DNA of 64,000 nucleotides from an uncultured Chloroflexia bacterium. Its GTDB lineage: Bacteria; Chloroflexota; Anaerolineae; CG2-30-64-16. Of the stretch, positions 32,124 through 41,708 are shown in pieces. The stretch spans positions 292,414 to 356,413 of the forward strand of contig CAWEMM010000002.1 in assembly GCA_963810095.1 (NCBI GenBank), read 5' to 3'. The notes under the pieces are model-generated. The model made no database searches. It saw only the letters and a list, made by a program, of their open reading frames with translations, and had not been told where the DNA came from. The position numbers and the translations under genes were made by a program. Numbering within the stretch: position 1 is the first letter of the stretch; each line of letters opens with the position of its first letter.

Positions 32124-32744
32124 ATGGCAGAGCAACCGACACTCCAGGGCGAGTCTGTCGAGCGCATTCGGGATATCATTTTTGGGCCGAAGATGCGCGA
32201 TTACGAGCAGCGCTTCGACGCGTTCGGCCGCGATCTCGCCCGCTTGCAGGCTGACCTGGATCACCTGACCGAACAACTAACGGCTAAAGACACCGCGCAG
32301 AGCAAGAACTTGCAAGCCTTACGGCAAGAGCTGCGGCAGGCCGACGGCGAGCTGCGCAACGAGTTGAAGGCCGAAGGCGCCCGTCTGACGACCCAGATGG
32401 CCGAGCAGCACACGACGCACACGGCCGCACTCAATGCGGCGCGGCAGGAACTGCAGCTGGCCGACGACAACTTGCAGGTCGGGTTCAAAGCCGACATCGA
32501 GCAGGTCAACTGCAATTTGGCCGACCACGAGGCCGCGCAGAAGACAACCCTGCAGTCCTTGCGCCAGGAACTGCGTAAGGCCGACACCGATCTCCGCGAG
32601 GAGCTGCGCCAGGTCATGCAGCGCCTGACGGACGACAAGACCGACCGCAGCACGCTCGGCGAGCTCTTCGTCGAGTTGGGCAACCATATCAAGAGCGGCG
32701 GCAACCTCGCCGATTTGCTGCAGGGCCTGGAACAGCCGGGCTGA
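32124..32744 (+). CDS. Coiled-coil protein with three 40-aa repeats
   Basis: ESVERIRDIIFG N-terminus; L..LRQELR.AD..L recurring at a 40-aa period; RBS GGGAGG. Confidence 0.75.
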   Translation: MAEQPTLQGESVERIRDIIFGPKMRDYEQRFDAFGRDLARLQADLDHLTEQLTAKDTAQSKNLQALRQELRQADGELRNELKAEGARLTTQMAEQHTTHTAALNAARQELQLADDNLQVGFKADIEQVNCNLADHEAAQKTTLQSLRQELRKADTDLREELRQVMQRLTDDKTDRSTLGELFVELGNHIKSGGNLADLLQGLEQPG

Positions 32745-32749
32745 TCGCC

Positions 32750-34147
32750 GTGGATGCGACCAATAAGGTCGAGCCCGGGCAAGCTGCTCACGGCCAAGCC
32801 CCAGATTCCGCCGCGGCCGTCGATGCTCTGCTCGACGACCTGCGTGCAATCGTCGCCGGGCCCGACCGCGAGCGCATGGCGCTGCTCGAGACGCGGATTG
32901 CGGAGGTCGAGCACCGGACGGAAGACCACGAGGCGCTCGTTGCGGCGGTCAGCCCGATTCTGGGCGATGCGATCCGCAGGCAGGTGCGCGAGGACCGGGA
33001 TGCCCTGATCGAGTCGCTGTACCCGATCATCGGCCAGTTGATCGGCCGGGCAGTCGCCGAGTCGATCCGCGACCTGGCGCGTACGATTGACGAGCGCATG
33101 CGCACGTCGCTGAGCCCGGCACACCTGCTGCGCCGGGCCCGGGCTCGGGCGGCCGGCGTTTCTGATGCCGAGTTCCTCCTGCGTGACGCACTGCCGTTCC
33201 AGGTGGCTGAGATCTTCCTGGTGCACCGAGAGAGCGGCCTACTGCTGCTGCATCTCTCCCGTCCCGGCGCAGACGACGCCCCCGTGGAAGACAATGCGGA
33301 CCTCGTAACTGGCATGCTGACGGCGATTCGGGACTTCGCGCAGGATGCCTTCGGGCGGGGCCAGGAGGGCCAACTCGACGAAATCCAGTACGGCAACCGG
33401 CGCATCCTGATCGAGGCGTGCCAGCACGTTTACCTGGCGGTCGTGGTGGACGGTATCGAGCCGGCCGGGTTCCGCGCTAAGCTGCGCGAGCGCGCGGTCG
33501 AGGTCGAGAACCGTTATAACGAGGTCTTGAAGCGGTACGACGGCGATGCGTCGCAGTTCGCAGCAGCCCGCCCCACCATGAACGAGTTGCTGCTGGACGG
33601 CGCGGGGCAGGAGGTTTCGGCCGGCTTGTCGGGCAGTCAGAAGGCCGTCGTGTTCGCCCTGGCGGGTGTGCTCACCGTGTGCCTGCTGGGTGCTTGCCTT
33701 GGCAGCGCCGCATGGGTCCGAAATGCGCTCAGCCGCCCCGCCTACGTGGTCGTCGTGACCGCTACGCCGGGGCCGACGGCCACGCCGACCCGTACGCCCA
33801 CGGCGACGGCGACGCCGACAAGGACCCCGCAGCCCACGTCGACCCTGACGCCGACCGCCACACCGACGCGTACGCCCACAGTGCGCCCGACCGCGACCCG
33901 GACGCTGAATCCGGCGCCGCTGAGCCGGGTCGCGGTCGTGGCTAACGTCCGCTCGCAGCCCGGCCTGGCCGCCCAGATACTGGAACAGGCGCCCGTCGGC
34001 AAGAGCTTTACCGTTCTCGGGCGCGACCCGACGGGCGGCTGGCTCGAGGTCTGCTGTACGGCGCAAGGGGAAACGGGCTGGCTCGCGGCCGCCCTCGTGA
34101 CGATCGAGGGCAGCATGGAGGACGTACCGGTACTCGAGGTGAGGTGA
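32750..34147 (+). CDS. Membrane protein: helical region + longin/roadblock-like domain + TM + PT-rich linker + SH3b-like domain
   Basis: IFLVHRESGLLL...DLVTGMLTAIRDF...LDEIQYGNRRILIE...YLAVVVDG; TM AVVFALAGVLTVCLLG; (PTAT)n linker; ANVRSQPG...GGWLEV...GETGWL. Confidence 0.7.
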   Translation: MDATNKVEPGQAAHGQAPDSAAAVDALLDDLRAIVAGPDRERMALLETRIAEVEHRTEDHEALVAAVSPILGDAIRRQVREDRDALIESLYPIIGQLIGRAVAESIRDLARTIDERMRTSLSPAHLLRRARARAAGVSDAEFLLRDALPFQVAEIFLVHRESGLLLLHLSRPGADDAPVEDNADLVTGMLTAIRDFAQDAFGRGQEGQLDEIQYGNRRILIEACQHVYLAVVVDGIEPAGFRAKLRERAVEVENRYNEVLKRYDGDASQFAAARPTMNELLLDGAGQEVSAGLSGSQKAVVFALAGVLTVCLLGACLGSAAWVRNALSRPAYVVVVTATPGPTATPTRTPTATATPTRTPQPTSTLTPTATPTRTPTVRPTATRTLNPAPLSRVAVVANVRSQPGLAAQILEQAPVGKSFTVLGRDPTGGWLEVCCTAQGETGWLAAALVTIEGSMEDVPVLEVR

Positions 34148-34150
34148 TTC

Positions 34151-34669
34151 ATGGTTTCACTCAGCGCCAAGGTTTGCCTGCTCGGGGAGTACGCGGTTGG
34201 CAAGACGAGCCTCGTCCGCCGCTTCGTCTACAACCTCTTCGACGATAAGTATCTCAGTACGATTGGCGTCAAGGTGAGCCGGAAGGTCGTCGCGGTCCCG
34301 CGCGGCGACGAGGTGATCGAGCTGGTGGTCATGCTGTGGGACCTGGCCGGCAGCGAAGAGTTTGACTCGGTGCGCGCCAGCTACCTGCGGGGCGCGGCCG
34401 GCGCACTCGTGGTGTGTGATGTCACGCAGCGATCCACGCTCACCGCAATTTCCGAATACGTCGCGCAAATCCGGGCGGTGAATCCTCGGGCGGCAATCGT
34501 CCTGGCGGGCAACAAGCAGGACCTGACCGAGCAGCGGGTCTTGAGCGAGGACGAGCTGGTGAGCAGCGCACGGGACTTGCGCGCGGGCTACTTCCCCACA
34601 AGCGCCAAGACGGGCGCCGGCGTCGAAGAGGCTTTCCGCCACCTTGGGCGCCTGTCAATCGGCGCGTGA
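34151..34669 (+). CDS. Rab/Ras-like small GTPase
   Basis: G1 GEYAVGKT, G2 STIG, G3 WDLAG, G4 NKQD, G5 SAK; Rab-like YLRGA and VVCDVT. Confidence 0.92.
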   Translation: MVSLSAKVCLLGEYAVGKTSLVRRFVYNLFDDKYLSTIGVKVSRKVVAVPRGDEVIELVVMLWDLAGSEEFDSVRASYLRGAAGALVVCDVTQRSTLTAISEYVAQIRAVNPRAAIVLAGNKQDLTEQRVLSEDELVSSARDLRAGYFPTSAKTGAGVEEAFRHLGRLSIGA

Positions 34670-35913
34670 CGGGGAGGCGAGCGTTGGGCGCACACCAGGA
34701 ACAGATTCTGCGTGACCGGCGCGTCGCCTATGCCGTCACAGACCGCTCGTTGCGGGTGACCGAAGTCTGTGGCGCCAGTGATATCCTGCTGAACAACCAC
34801 AGTGCCTGGCTCGGCCGCCCGCTGCTCGACCTGGTCCCTGAGCTCGTCGGAATGGAACCCGCGCTTGCCGAAATCCTCGACGGCACGCTGCCCCGGATGC
34901 AGATTCCATGGGTCAACCGGGACGGGCCAGACGGGACCACGCATTACCACACGCTGGTCGATCTGCCGTGTTTTGACGAGAGCGGCGCGGTGGCAGGCCT
35001 CATCCACATCGTCCAGGACGTGACCGAGATTGGCGAGTTGGAGCAGCGCCTGATGCAGCACCGCAATACGCTGCGCCTGCTCGAGCGCACACTCCGGGAA
35101 CAGAACGTCCAACTCGTGGCTGCGAATGCGGAGTTGCGTCGTCTGGACGAAGCCAAGTCGGCCTTCGTGTCGATTGCCGCGCACGAGCTGCGCACTCCGC
35201 TCTCTTCGGTAACCGGCTACATCGAGATGCTGCTCGATGGGGATGCGGGCCCGCTCAACGAGCAGCAGCAGGATTACCTGCGCACCGTCGAGTCAAGCGC
35301 ACATCGCCTGCTGCGGCTCACGCGCGATCTTCTCGACGTGGCACGCCTGGAGTCGGGCCGCCTCGAACTGGTGCTGCAGCCCACCGACCTCCGCACGTTG
35401 GTCGCAGACACGATCGCCGAGCAACGTCCGCAACTGGATGCGCGCAGGCAGGTCATCGTGCTCGAAGCCCCGCCCGTGCTGCCGCTCGCCCTGGTGGACC
35501 GTGGGCGCACGATGCAGGTCGTGGTGAATCTGATCGGCAACGCCAGCAAGTTCTCGGAGCCCGGCGCAACGATTCGAGTGTTGCTGGCCCCGGCCGCAGA
35601 GCCCGGCTACCTGCGGCTGACCGTTCGGGACACGGGGCCGGGCATCCCCCCGGATGAGCAGGCGCACCTTTTCCGGCCGTTCGCCCGCGGCGCTAGCGCG
35701 CTGCGGAGCGGCCAGCAGGGCAGCGGGCTCGGGCTGTACATCGCCAAGTCCCTCGTCGAATTGCACGGCGGGCAAATCTCGATCGCGAGCCGGCCCAGCG
35801 CGGGCGCCGAGTTCATGCTGACCCTGCCCCAGGCTGATCCTGTGAGCGACGTGGCCGCGGGTCCGGATGCCACGGGCCCGATTGCGGAACCTTCGGTCAC
35901 CCTGCCCGCTTGA
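34666..35913 (+). CDS. Soluble PAS-domain sensor histidine kinase
   Basis: PAS ending VQDVTE, coiled coil, AHELRTPL, NLIGNASKF, DTGPGI, GSGLGL; GTGA overlap with the GTPase stop. Confidence 0.92.
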   Translation: MTGRRALGAHQEQILRDRRVAYAVTDRSLRVTEVCGASDILLNNHSAWLGRPLLDLVPELVGMEPALAEILDGTLPRMQIPWVNRDGPDGTTHYHTLVDLPCFDESGAVAGLIHIVQDVTEIGELEQRLMQHRNTLRLLERTLREQNVQLVAANAELRRLDEAKSAFVSIAAHELRTPLSSVTGYIEMLLDGDAGPLNEQQQDYLRTVESSAHRLLRLTRDLLDVARLESGRLELVLQPTDLRTLVADTIAEQRPQLDARRQVIVLEAPPVLPLALVDRGRTMQVVVNLIGNASKFSEPGATIRVLLAPAAEPGYLRLTVRDTGPGIPPDEQAHLFRPFARGASALRSGQQGSGLGLYIAKSLVELHGGQISIASRPSAGAEFMLTLPQADPVSDVAAGPDATGPIAEPSVTLPA

Positions 35914-36157
35914 CGCAACCGGCGCGGCGCAGCCCGACTCAGCCGCGCACGGGTTGGACCCAGGGAGACAACCTGCGCTTGGCCGGGTCCTGTGCGGGTT
36001 GCTATAATTTCTTGCAGCTCTCCGCATCTTTCCTGGTCAAAGCGTGTTCTGTAATGCGTGCTGTAAGCTCATTACGATTTAGTGAAGCTGCAGCGCAGCC
36101 CCCAGGCGGCACGGTCATGTTGCGCATTATTCAAACGGTATCGACTTCATCGGAGGT

Positions 36158-36559
36158 ATGATGGCGGTTGTTCTCACGAAGCTGTACGGCGTGGATCGCG
36201 AGCTCGAGTTGAAGCTCAAGACAAAGGGTGTCAAGGATTCTGAAGACCTGATCGCGCTGTGCCAGAAGGACGGGGGTATTGTCTCGGTGTCGCAGGACAC
36301 TGGCATCGACGAAGAGACGTTGCGCTGCTTGCTCAATCGGGCGCACCTCGTTCGCATCCGGGGTATCGGCGAAGCCTACACGATGCTCCTGGAGGAGGCG
36401 GGCGTTAAGTCAGTATCGGACCTGGCCGACAAGTCGCCCGAAGAACTGCGGGGTCAACTCGAGCAGATCAACGGCAGCCGCAACGTCGTCGGCCGCGTGC
36501 CTGCGCTCGCCATGGTCAACGGGTGGGTGAATAAGGCGCAGAAACTGCCCTCCGCATAG
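36158..36559 (+). CDS. DUF4332-family (helix-hairpin-helix) protein
   Basis: L..L.G......L...GV....DL, LVRIRGIGEAYTMLLEEAGV, RVP....V.GWV..A. Confidence 0.75.
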   Translation: MMAVVLTKLYGVDRELELKLKTKGVKDSEDLIALCQKDGGIVSVSQDTGIDEETLRCLLNRAHLVRIRGIGEAYTMLLEEAGVKSVSDLADKSPEELRGQLEQINGSRNVVGRVPALAMVNGWVNKAQKLPSA

Positions 36560-36631
36560 GGTTTCCCCGCTCCGAAGGCTCAAAGGCACAACAATCAGCC
36601 GCGCTGCGCCGTTGTGCCTCCGTGTTCCCGG

Positions 36632-36976
36632 TCATCGCGTCGCCAACAGGTACGCCGCCCCATCTTCCCCCGCCATGACGCCGTGGACGATGCCCTGGGG
36701 CACCTCAATCCGGTCGCCCGGCAGCAGTTCGAGCAGCCGGTCGTCGGCGGGCAGGATCACCGTCAAGCTGCCCTCGACCACCCACATGGTCTCCGGGTAG
36801 ATATGCGCGTGGGGTGGGTAGCCCGTGACGGGCTCGGTCGTCCACTTAACCACCCCATACCCCTCCGCGGTCAGCCGCTCGCGAATGCCGGCCTCCGTCG
36901 GCTTTCCGGGGCCTTCCCACAGCACGACACGTACGGCCGGCTTCGGAAACGAGGGGAATGCAATCGGCTCTCCCAT
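36632..36976 (-). CDS. Cupin domain protein
   Basis: YPPHAH...E..WVVEG and LLPGDRIEVPQGIVH cupin motifs. Confidence 0.8.
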   Translation of the reverse strand: MGEPIAFPSFPKPAVRVVLWEGPGKPTEAGIRERLTAEGYGVVKWTTEPVTGYPPHAHIYPETMWVVEGSLTVILPADDRLLELLPGDRIEVPQGIVHGVMAGEDGAAYLLATR

Positions 36977-36980
36977 AGTC

Positions 36981-38955
36981 TCAACCCATTTCGACCCGCA
37001 CCCGGCCGATTTCGGGCGTCGCATAACCGCCCAGGCCGCTCACCCGTGCGGCAAATGCCGGGTCACGTATGATGGCGAGCAGCGGCGCGAGCGCGTCGCT
37101 GCCAAAGTGGGCTGCGGGTACAATCAAGTCATACTGTTCCTCGCCCACCGGCACGAAGTCCAGGCGGAGCGCCCGAGCCGCAGCGAGGATGCCCAGGCCG
37201 CAGTCGGCCGCACCTGACGCCACGGCCGCGGCCACTGCGAGGTGCGTGAACTCCTGCCGGTCATAGCCCTGGATCGCAGCCGGGTGGATGCCCAACTGGC
37301 GCAGCCGGTAGTCCAGCAGGACGCGCGTGCCCGCGCCCCGCTGGCGGTTAATGAATACGACGTCAGGGCGAACGAGGTCCTCAAGGGTTCGAATGCCCTT
37401 AGGATTGCCCGCCGGCACGATGAGCCCCTGCACCCGCTGCACGAAACCCAGCACGACCACGGACGTTTGGGGCAGCAGCCGGCGGATATATGCGACGTTG
37501 TACTCGCCCGTATCCTCGTCCAGCAGGTGCGAGCCCGCCAAGTGCGCCTCGCCCCGGCTGAGCGCCAGCAGCCCGCCCACGCTGCCCACATTCGCCGACG
37601 ACAGGCTCCGGCCCGGGTAGCGCTGCCCCAGTTCGTCCGCCAGCAGGTCCAGCGTCAGGTCGTGGCTGCCGATCGCCACGATCGTCCGCCGCACCTGGTC
37701 GGCCGGCTTCAGCAGGTTCACCCGCACGACTGCACCAGGCTCGAAGCCTTGCACCCCCCTCGGGATCCTGATGATCCCGTCGGCACGCACCAGCGACATC
37801 AGCACGCCCGAGCCGCCAGGCAGCGGCGTCGCCACCATCCGCTCACCTACCTGCCCCACGGTGACGCGCAAGTATTCCTCTTCGCCTTCCGGGCTGACGA
37901 CTTTGCGGGTCAGCGTTGCTTCCACTGCCGGCCGCTCGGGCACGGGCTGTCCGAGCCAGCGCGCCACCGTCGGTTTGACGAGCAGCTCGCACGTGACCGC
38001 CGCGCTCACCGGGTAACCAGGCAGACCGATGACCGGGGTCCAGCACGTTGCGCCGTCCGGACCCGGATCGAGGCAGATCATGCCCAGGATCACCGGGTGG
38101 CCGGGCCGGATCGCAATTCCGTGGACGAGGAGCCGTCCCAACTCCTGTACGATGCGGGACGTGTAATCCTCTGATCCGGCCGAGGAGCCGGCGTTGACGA
38201 TCACGAGGTCGTGCGTCCTGGCAGCCTCGAGCACGCGGTCGCGAATGGCCCCGTAGTCGTCGGCCAGCATCGGCAGCCGGGTGACCTCGCCCCCCCACTC
38301 ACGCACGAGCGCGCCCAGCACCAGCGAGTTGTATTCGATGATGTCGCCGGGATGCAGGGCAGCGCCCGGTGCGACCAACTCGGTGCCGGTGGGCAGGATC
38401 GCCACCCGCGGCTTGCGCCGCACGAACAACTCGGCATGGCCCGAACCGGCCGCCGCGCCAATGTCTTGGCGCGCGCAGGAGATGGTTGGCCGGCAGGATC
38501 AGTTCGGTCGCGACCATGTCCTCGCCCATCGGCCGGACGTGCTGCCAGGGCGCCACGCTCGACAGGATTTCGATCTCCTCGCCCCGCGGGCCCGTGCTCA
38601 GGTGCACATCCTCGACCATGATCACCGCGTTGGCGCCCGGCGGCACCGGGTCGCCCGTGTCGACGTAGAAGGCCTCCTCGCCCACCAGGAGACGAACGGG
38701 TCGCGTCTCGCTGGCGCCGTGCGTGCGCCCGGCGAAGACCGCGTACCCGTCCATCGCGGATGCGTGGTAGTGCGGCGATGAGATGGCGGCCCACACCGGA
38801 GCCGCCGTCACGCGGCCGGCGGCCCCGTCGAGCGCGACCATTTCGCCCGCCAGCGGCCGGCCGAGTCCCGCCTCGTCCAGGCTGGCCCACCAGCGCGCGA
38901 GCGCTTCACTCAAGGGAATATCTTCCAGGTAGGGAGAGTGCGAATGACCGGTCAA
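36981..38955 (-). CDS. moeA: Molybdopterin molybdotransferase MoeA fused to a periplasmic-binding-protein domain (frameshift ~38470)
   Basis: SAMDGYAV, VDTGDPVP, PTGTEL, AGSSAGSEDY, GLPGYPVSA, then GSHD, FINRQRGAGTR, EFTHLAVA. Confidence 0.88.
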
Positions 38956-39227
38956 CGCCTGCTCCTTGCAGCGTCCGCCCTTCCGGCGGCGAATGCTCAG
39001 GGCCGAGTATAGCACAAATTGAGCGGCCCGGGTGCCCTTCCACCCGGCTCGGGCGGCTCGATTCGGGACGATACAGCCAGCGCGGCGGTCAAAAGAAAAG
39101 ATAGACCGCGCGAATAGCTAGTGTACTTGCGCGAAAAGTGTGATACAATATGTATGTAGCTTTATTTTGTCGTTCGATATAGCATATCCTGGCAGCGCAG
39201 CTCCCACAGGAAGAAAGGCGGTCAACC

Positions 39228-41495
39228 ATGCAAGGACATCGCTTGTTGCGGGCCGTGGCGGTCCTCATCCTTATCGTGGCGGTGGCATACCTCGCACTCG
39301 CGATCTTCGGCGCTCTCTGGCTTGGGGGGTCTGGCCTGGGTTCAGGCTGGGGCACCGGCTGGACCGGCTGGCTGATTATCCCGCTTGCGGGTGGGTCGAT
39401 CATGGCCGCGGTCACCTTGTTGGTGTTCGGCCTCATGCTCTTCTTCCTCGCCAAGATCGACAACAACCTGGTGGCGGCCCGCCAGCAGAAGCGGGTGGCG
39501 CCCAAGCCCAAGGCGGCGCCAGCGCCCGTGGGCGCGGCCACCGCTGCTGCGGCGCCGGCCGCCGTACCGGCTGCGGCCGCGGTCGCCGCAGGCGCCATAG
39601 TTGCTGCCGAGCACCAGGATGAGACGGCTATCGTCGAGCCCGCCGCCGAAATCGCCCCCGCAGCTGAAATCGAGCCTGTTGCCGAAATCGCGGCTGAGAC
39701 CCCGCCCGTCGCCGCCGCAGTTGCCGCGGGCGCCATCCTTGCCGACGAGCACGCGCCAGAGGCGCCGGGCCCCGAGGTAGAAGCCGAGGTCCCGGAGGCG
39801 GCCGTCGCGGCAGCGGCCGTCGCAGCCGAGGAGCGTGCCCCAGAGCCGGCGCCGGCCGAAGCCGACCTGGAACCGGCGGTGATCACCGGGGGGACGCCGG
39901 CGACCGTCGAGTTTGAGACGGAAGCCCCGCCCATCGCCGCTGCTGCCATCGGCGCGGCCGCTCTCGCCGAGGAACGCGAACCAGAACCGGTGCCGACAGA
40001 CCTTGCGCCAGCGGAGCCAACGTTTGCGCCCGAGCCGGAGTTGGCGCCCGAGGCCGCTGCGGCCGTGGTTGCGGCCCAGGCCGCAGCAGAGCCCGCAGCC
40101 GAACCTGTGGAAAGCGACGCAGAAGCTGCGTCCGCGGGAGAAACCGGCGGACTTGCCGGCGCGGCACAGTTCATGGCCGGTGCGGTGATGATCGGCGCAG
40201 GCGCGGCGGCCGTCGCGAACGAAGCCGCGGCCGAGCCGGAGCCTGCGGAAGAAGACCGCGAGCCGGGCGCGGCCGCGGCTGCTGCCGTGGTCGCTGCCGC
40301 CGCGACGACTGCGGTCACCGGCGAGCCCGACGTGGTCGAGGTTGAGGAACCGGCTGGCGTGTTGCCATCCGTGGAGATCATGGAAGAAGCGCCCGGCGAA
40401 AGTGCACCGGCGTCCCCGGAGGTTGAATTGCCGCGGGTGGACTTGCCGGAGGTCGAAGCTGAGGCGGCCGGGCCCGAGGTGACGGCCGCAGAGGCGGCTG
40501 TGCTTGCAGCAGGCGTGCACGAGGCTGCGGGCCGGGTGGCCGAAGAGGCGCCCGACGGCATCCCAATCGATGCCGAGTTCATCGAGCCCGAGACCCGCCT
40601 GGTCGAGATGACGGTGGTCGAGACTGAGCCGGAGACCACGGCGCCGGAAGCCGAGCTCGAGCGGGTGGACCTGGGGGCCGGCGAGGCGGAGCTGGAGGCC
40701 GAGGACATGACGGTTCCGGCCGAGCCGCGACAAGCCGCTGCCGTCGCGGGCGCCGCCGCATTGGCTGCCGGGCTGAGTGACCAACAGGAACCTCCGGCCG
40801 AGGTCCGGTTGCCCGAGGTAGAGATCGCCGACATGGCGCCCGTCGAGGCCGCGGCTGCCCTGAGCGAAGCGACCGGCGTTCCCGAGACCGAGCTCGCTAG
40901 CGGGGTGCCGAGCGACTCGCCCGCCCAGGCCGATCCCGCAGCGCTCCAGGCGCAAATCGCAGCGCTGCAAGCGCAGCTTGCGGCTCTGCAGGCGCAGATG
41001 GGCGGTGCTGCCCCCGCTGCCGGGGTTGCCGGAGCCGCCGGGCTGGCAGCAGCCGCAGCGAGCCGGGCCGATGACCCCGAACCCGAGGAGATTGCTGCGG
41101 AACTGCCCGAGAGCGCCCCGGCCGAGCCCGCCGAACCGGGCGCGGCCCGGCTGCCGGGATCCGACGAGGTGGCCCGCATTGCGGCTGAGATGGCTGCGGT
41201 GAAGCGCGCGAGCACCCCGGCTGCGCCGCCCGAGACGATCGAACCCGCATCCGCCGAAATCGTGGCGGGCGAGGCGGTGCCGGCCGACCTGCCCGCAGGC
41301 GAGGACAATCTCGAGATCATCGAGGGCGTGGGCCCCATCTACGCAAAGCGGCTCCGCGAAGCAGGGATCACGACCTACAAGCAGCTGGCCGAGGCAACCT
41401 ATTCGGACCTGGTGAAGGTGACGAGGGGCAACCTCGAGCGCGTCGTGAAGGACGATTGGCGCGGCCAGGCCCGCCGCCTCATGAGCCAGAAATAA
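39228..41495 (+). CDS. Membrane-anchored Ala/Glu/Pro-rich protein with C-terminal helix-hairpin-helix domain
   Basis: Two N-terminal TM segments, ~600 aa acidic low-complexity region, (ALQAQ.A)x3, DNLEIIEGVGPIYAKRLREAGITTY. Confidence 0.75.
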   Translation: MQGHRLLRAVAVLILIVAVAYLALAIFGALWLGGSGLGSGWGTGWTGWLIIPLAGGSIMAAVTLLVFGLMLFFLAKIDNNLVAARQQKRVAPKPKAAPAPVGAATAAAAPAAVPAAAAVAAGAIVAAEHQDETAIVEPAAEIAPAAEIEPVAEIAAETPPVAAAVAAGAILADEHAPEAPGPEVEAEVPEAAVAAAAVAAEERAPEPAPAEADLEPAVITGGTPATVEFETEAPPIAAAAIGAAALAEEREPEPVPTDLAPAEPTFAPEPELAPEAAAAVVAAQAAAEPAAEPVESDAEAASAGETGGLAGAAQFMAGAVMIGAGAAAVANEAAAEPEPAEEDREPGAAAAAAVVAAAATTAVTGEPDVVEVEEPAGVLPSVEIMEEAPGESAPASPEVELPRVDLPEVEAEAAGPEVTAAEAAVLAAGVHEAAGRVAEEAPDGIPIDAEFIEPETRLVEMTVVETEPETTAPEAELERVDLGAGEAELEAEDMTVPAEPRQAAAVAGAAALAAGLSDQQEPPAEVRLPEVEIADMAPVEAAAALSEATGVPETELASGVPSDSPAQADPAALQAQIAALQAQLAALQAQMGGAAPAAGVAGAAGLAAAAASRADDPEPEEIAAELPESAPAEPAEPGAARLPGSDEVARIAAEMAAVKRASTPAAPPETIEPASAEIVAGEAVPADLPAGEDNLEIIEGVGPIYAKRLREAGITTYKQLAEATYSDLVKVTRGNLERVVKDDWRGQARRLMSQK

Positions 41496-41708
41496 CACCG
41501 CAACGTCCTGCAGTGGGCGAGAGGCGGGGAGAGGCGCCGCCAGAGCAACGGGCCACGGGTAGAGCTCCTGAGGGGCCGGGCAGCAATGTCCGGCCCCTAC
41601 ATTTAAAGGGGCAAAAATGGAAGAAATCGCCGTTCTGCGGTATAATGAGGGTGTAGGGGCGGTTCTGCGCCTGCTGGCAAACTGCCCTGCCTGGAGCCAA
41701 GGAGCGGT

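Noticed and set aside
33760-33910. DNA tandem repeat (acgccgac units)
   Set aside because: Explained by the Pro/Thr-rich linker coding sequence.
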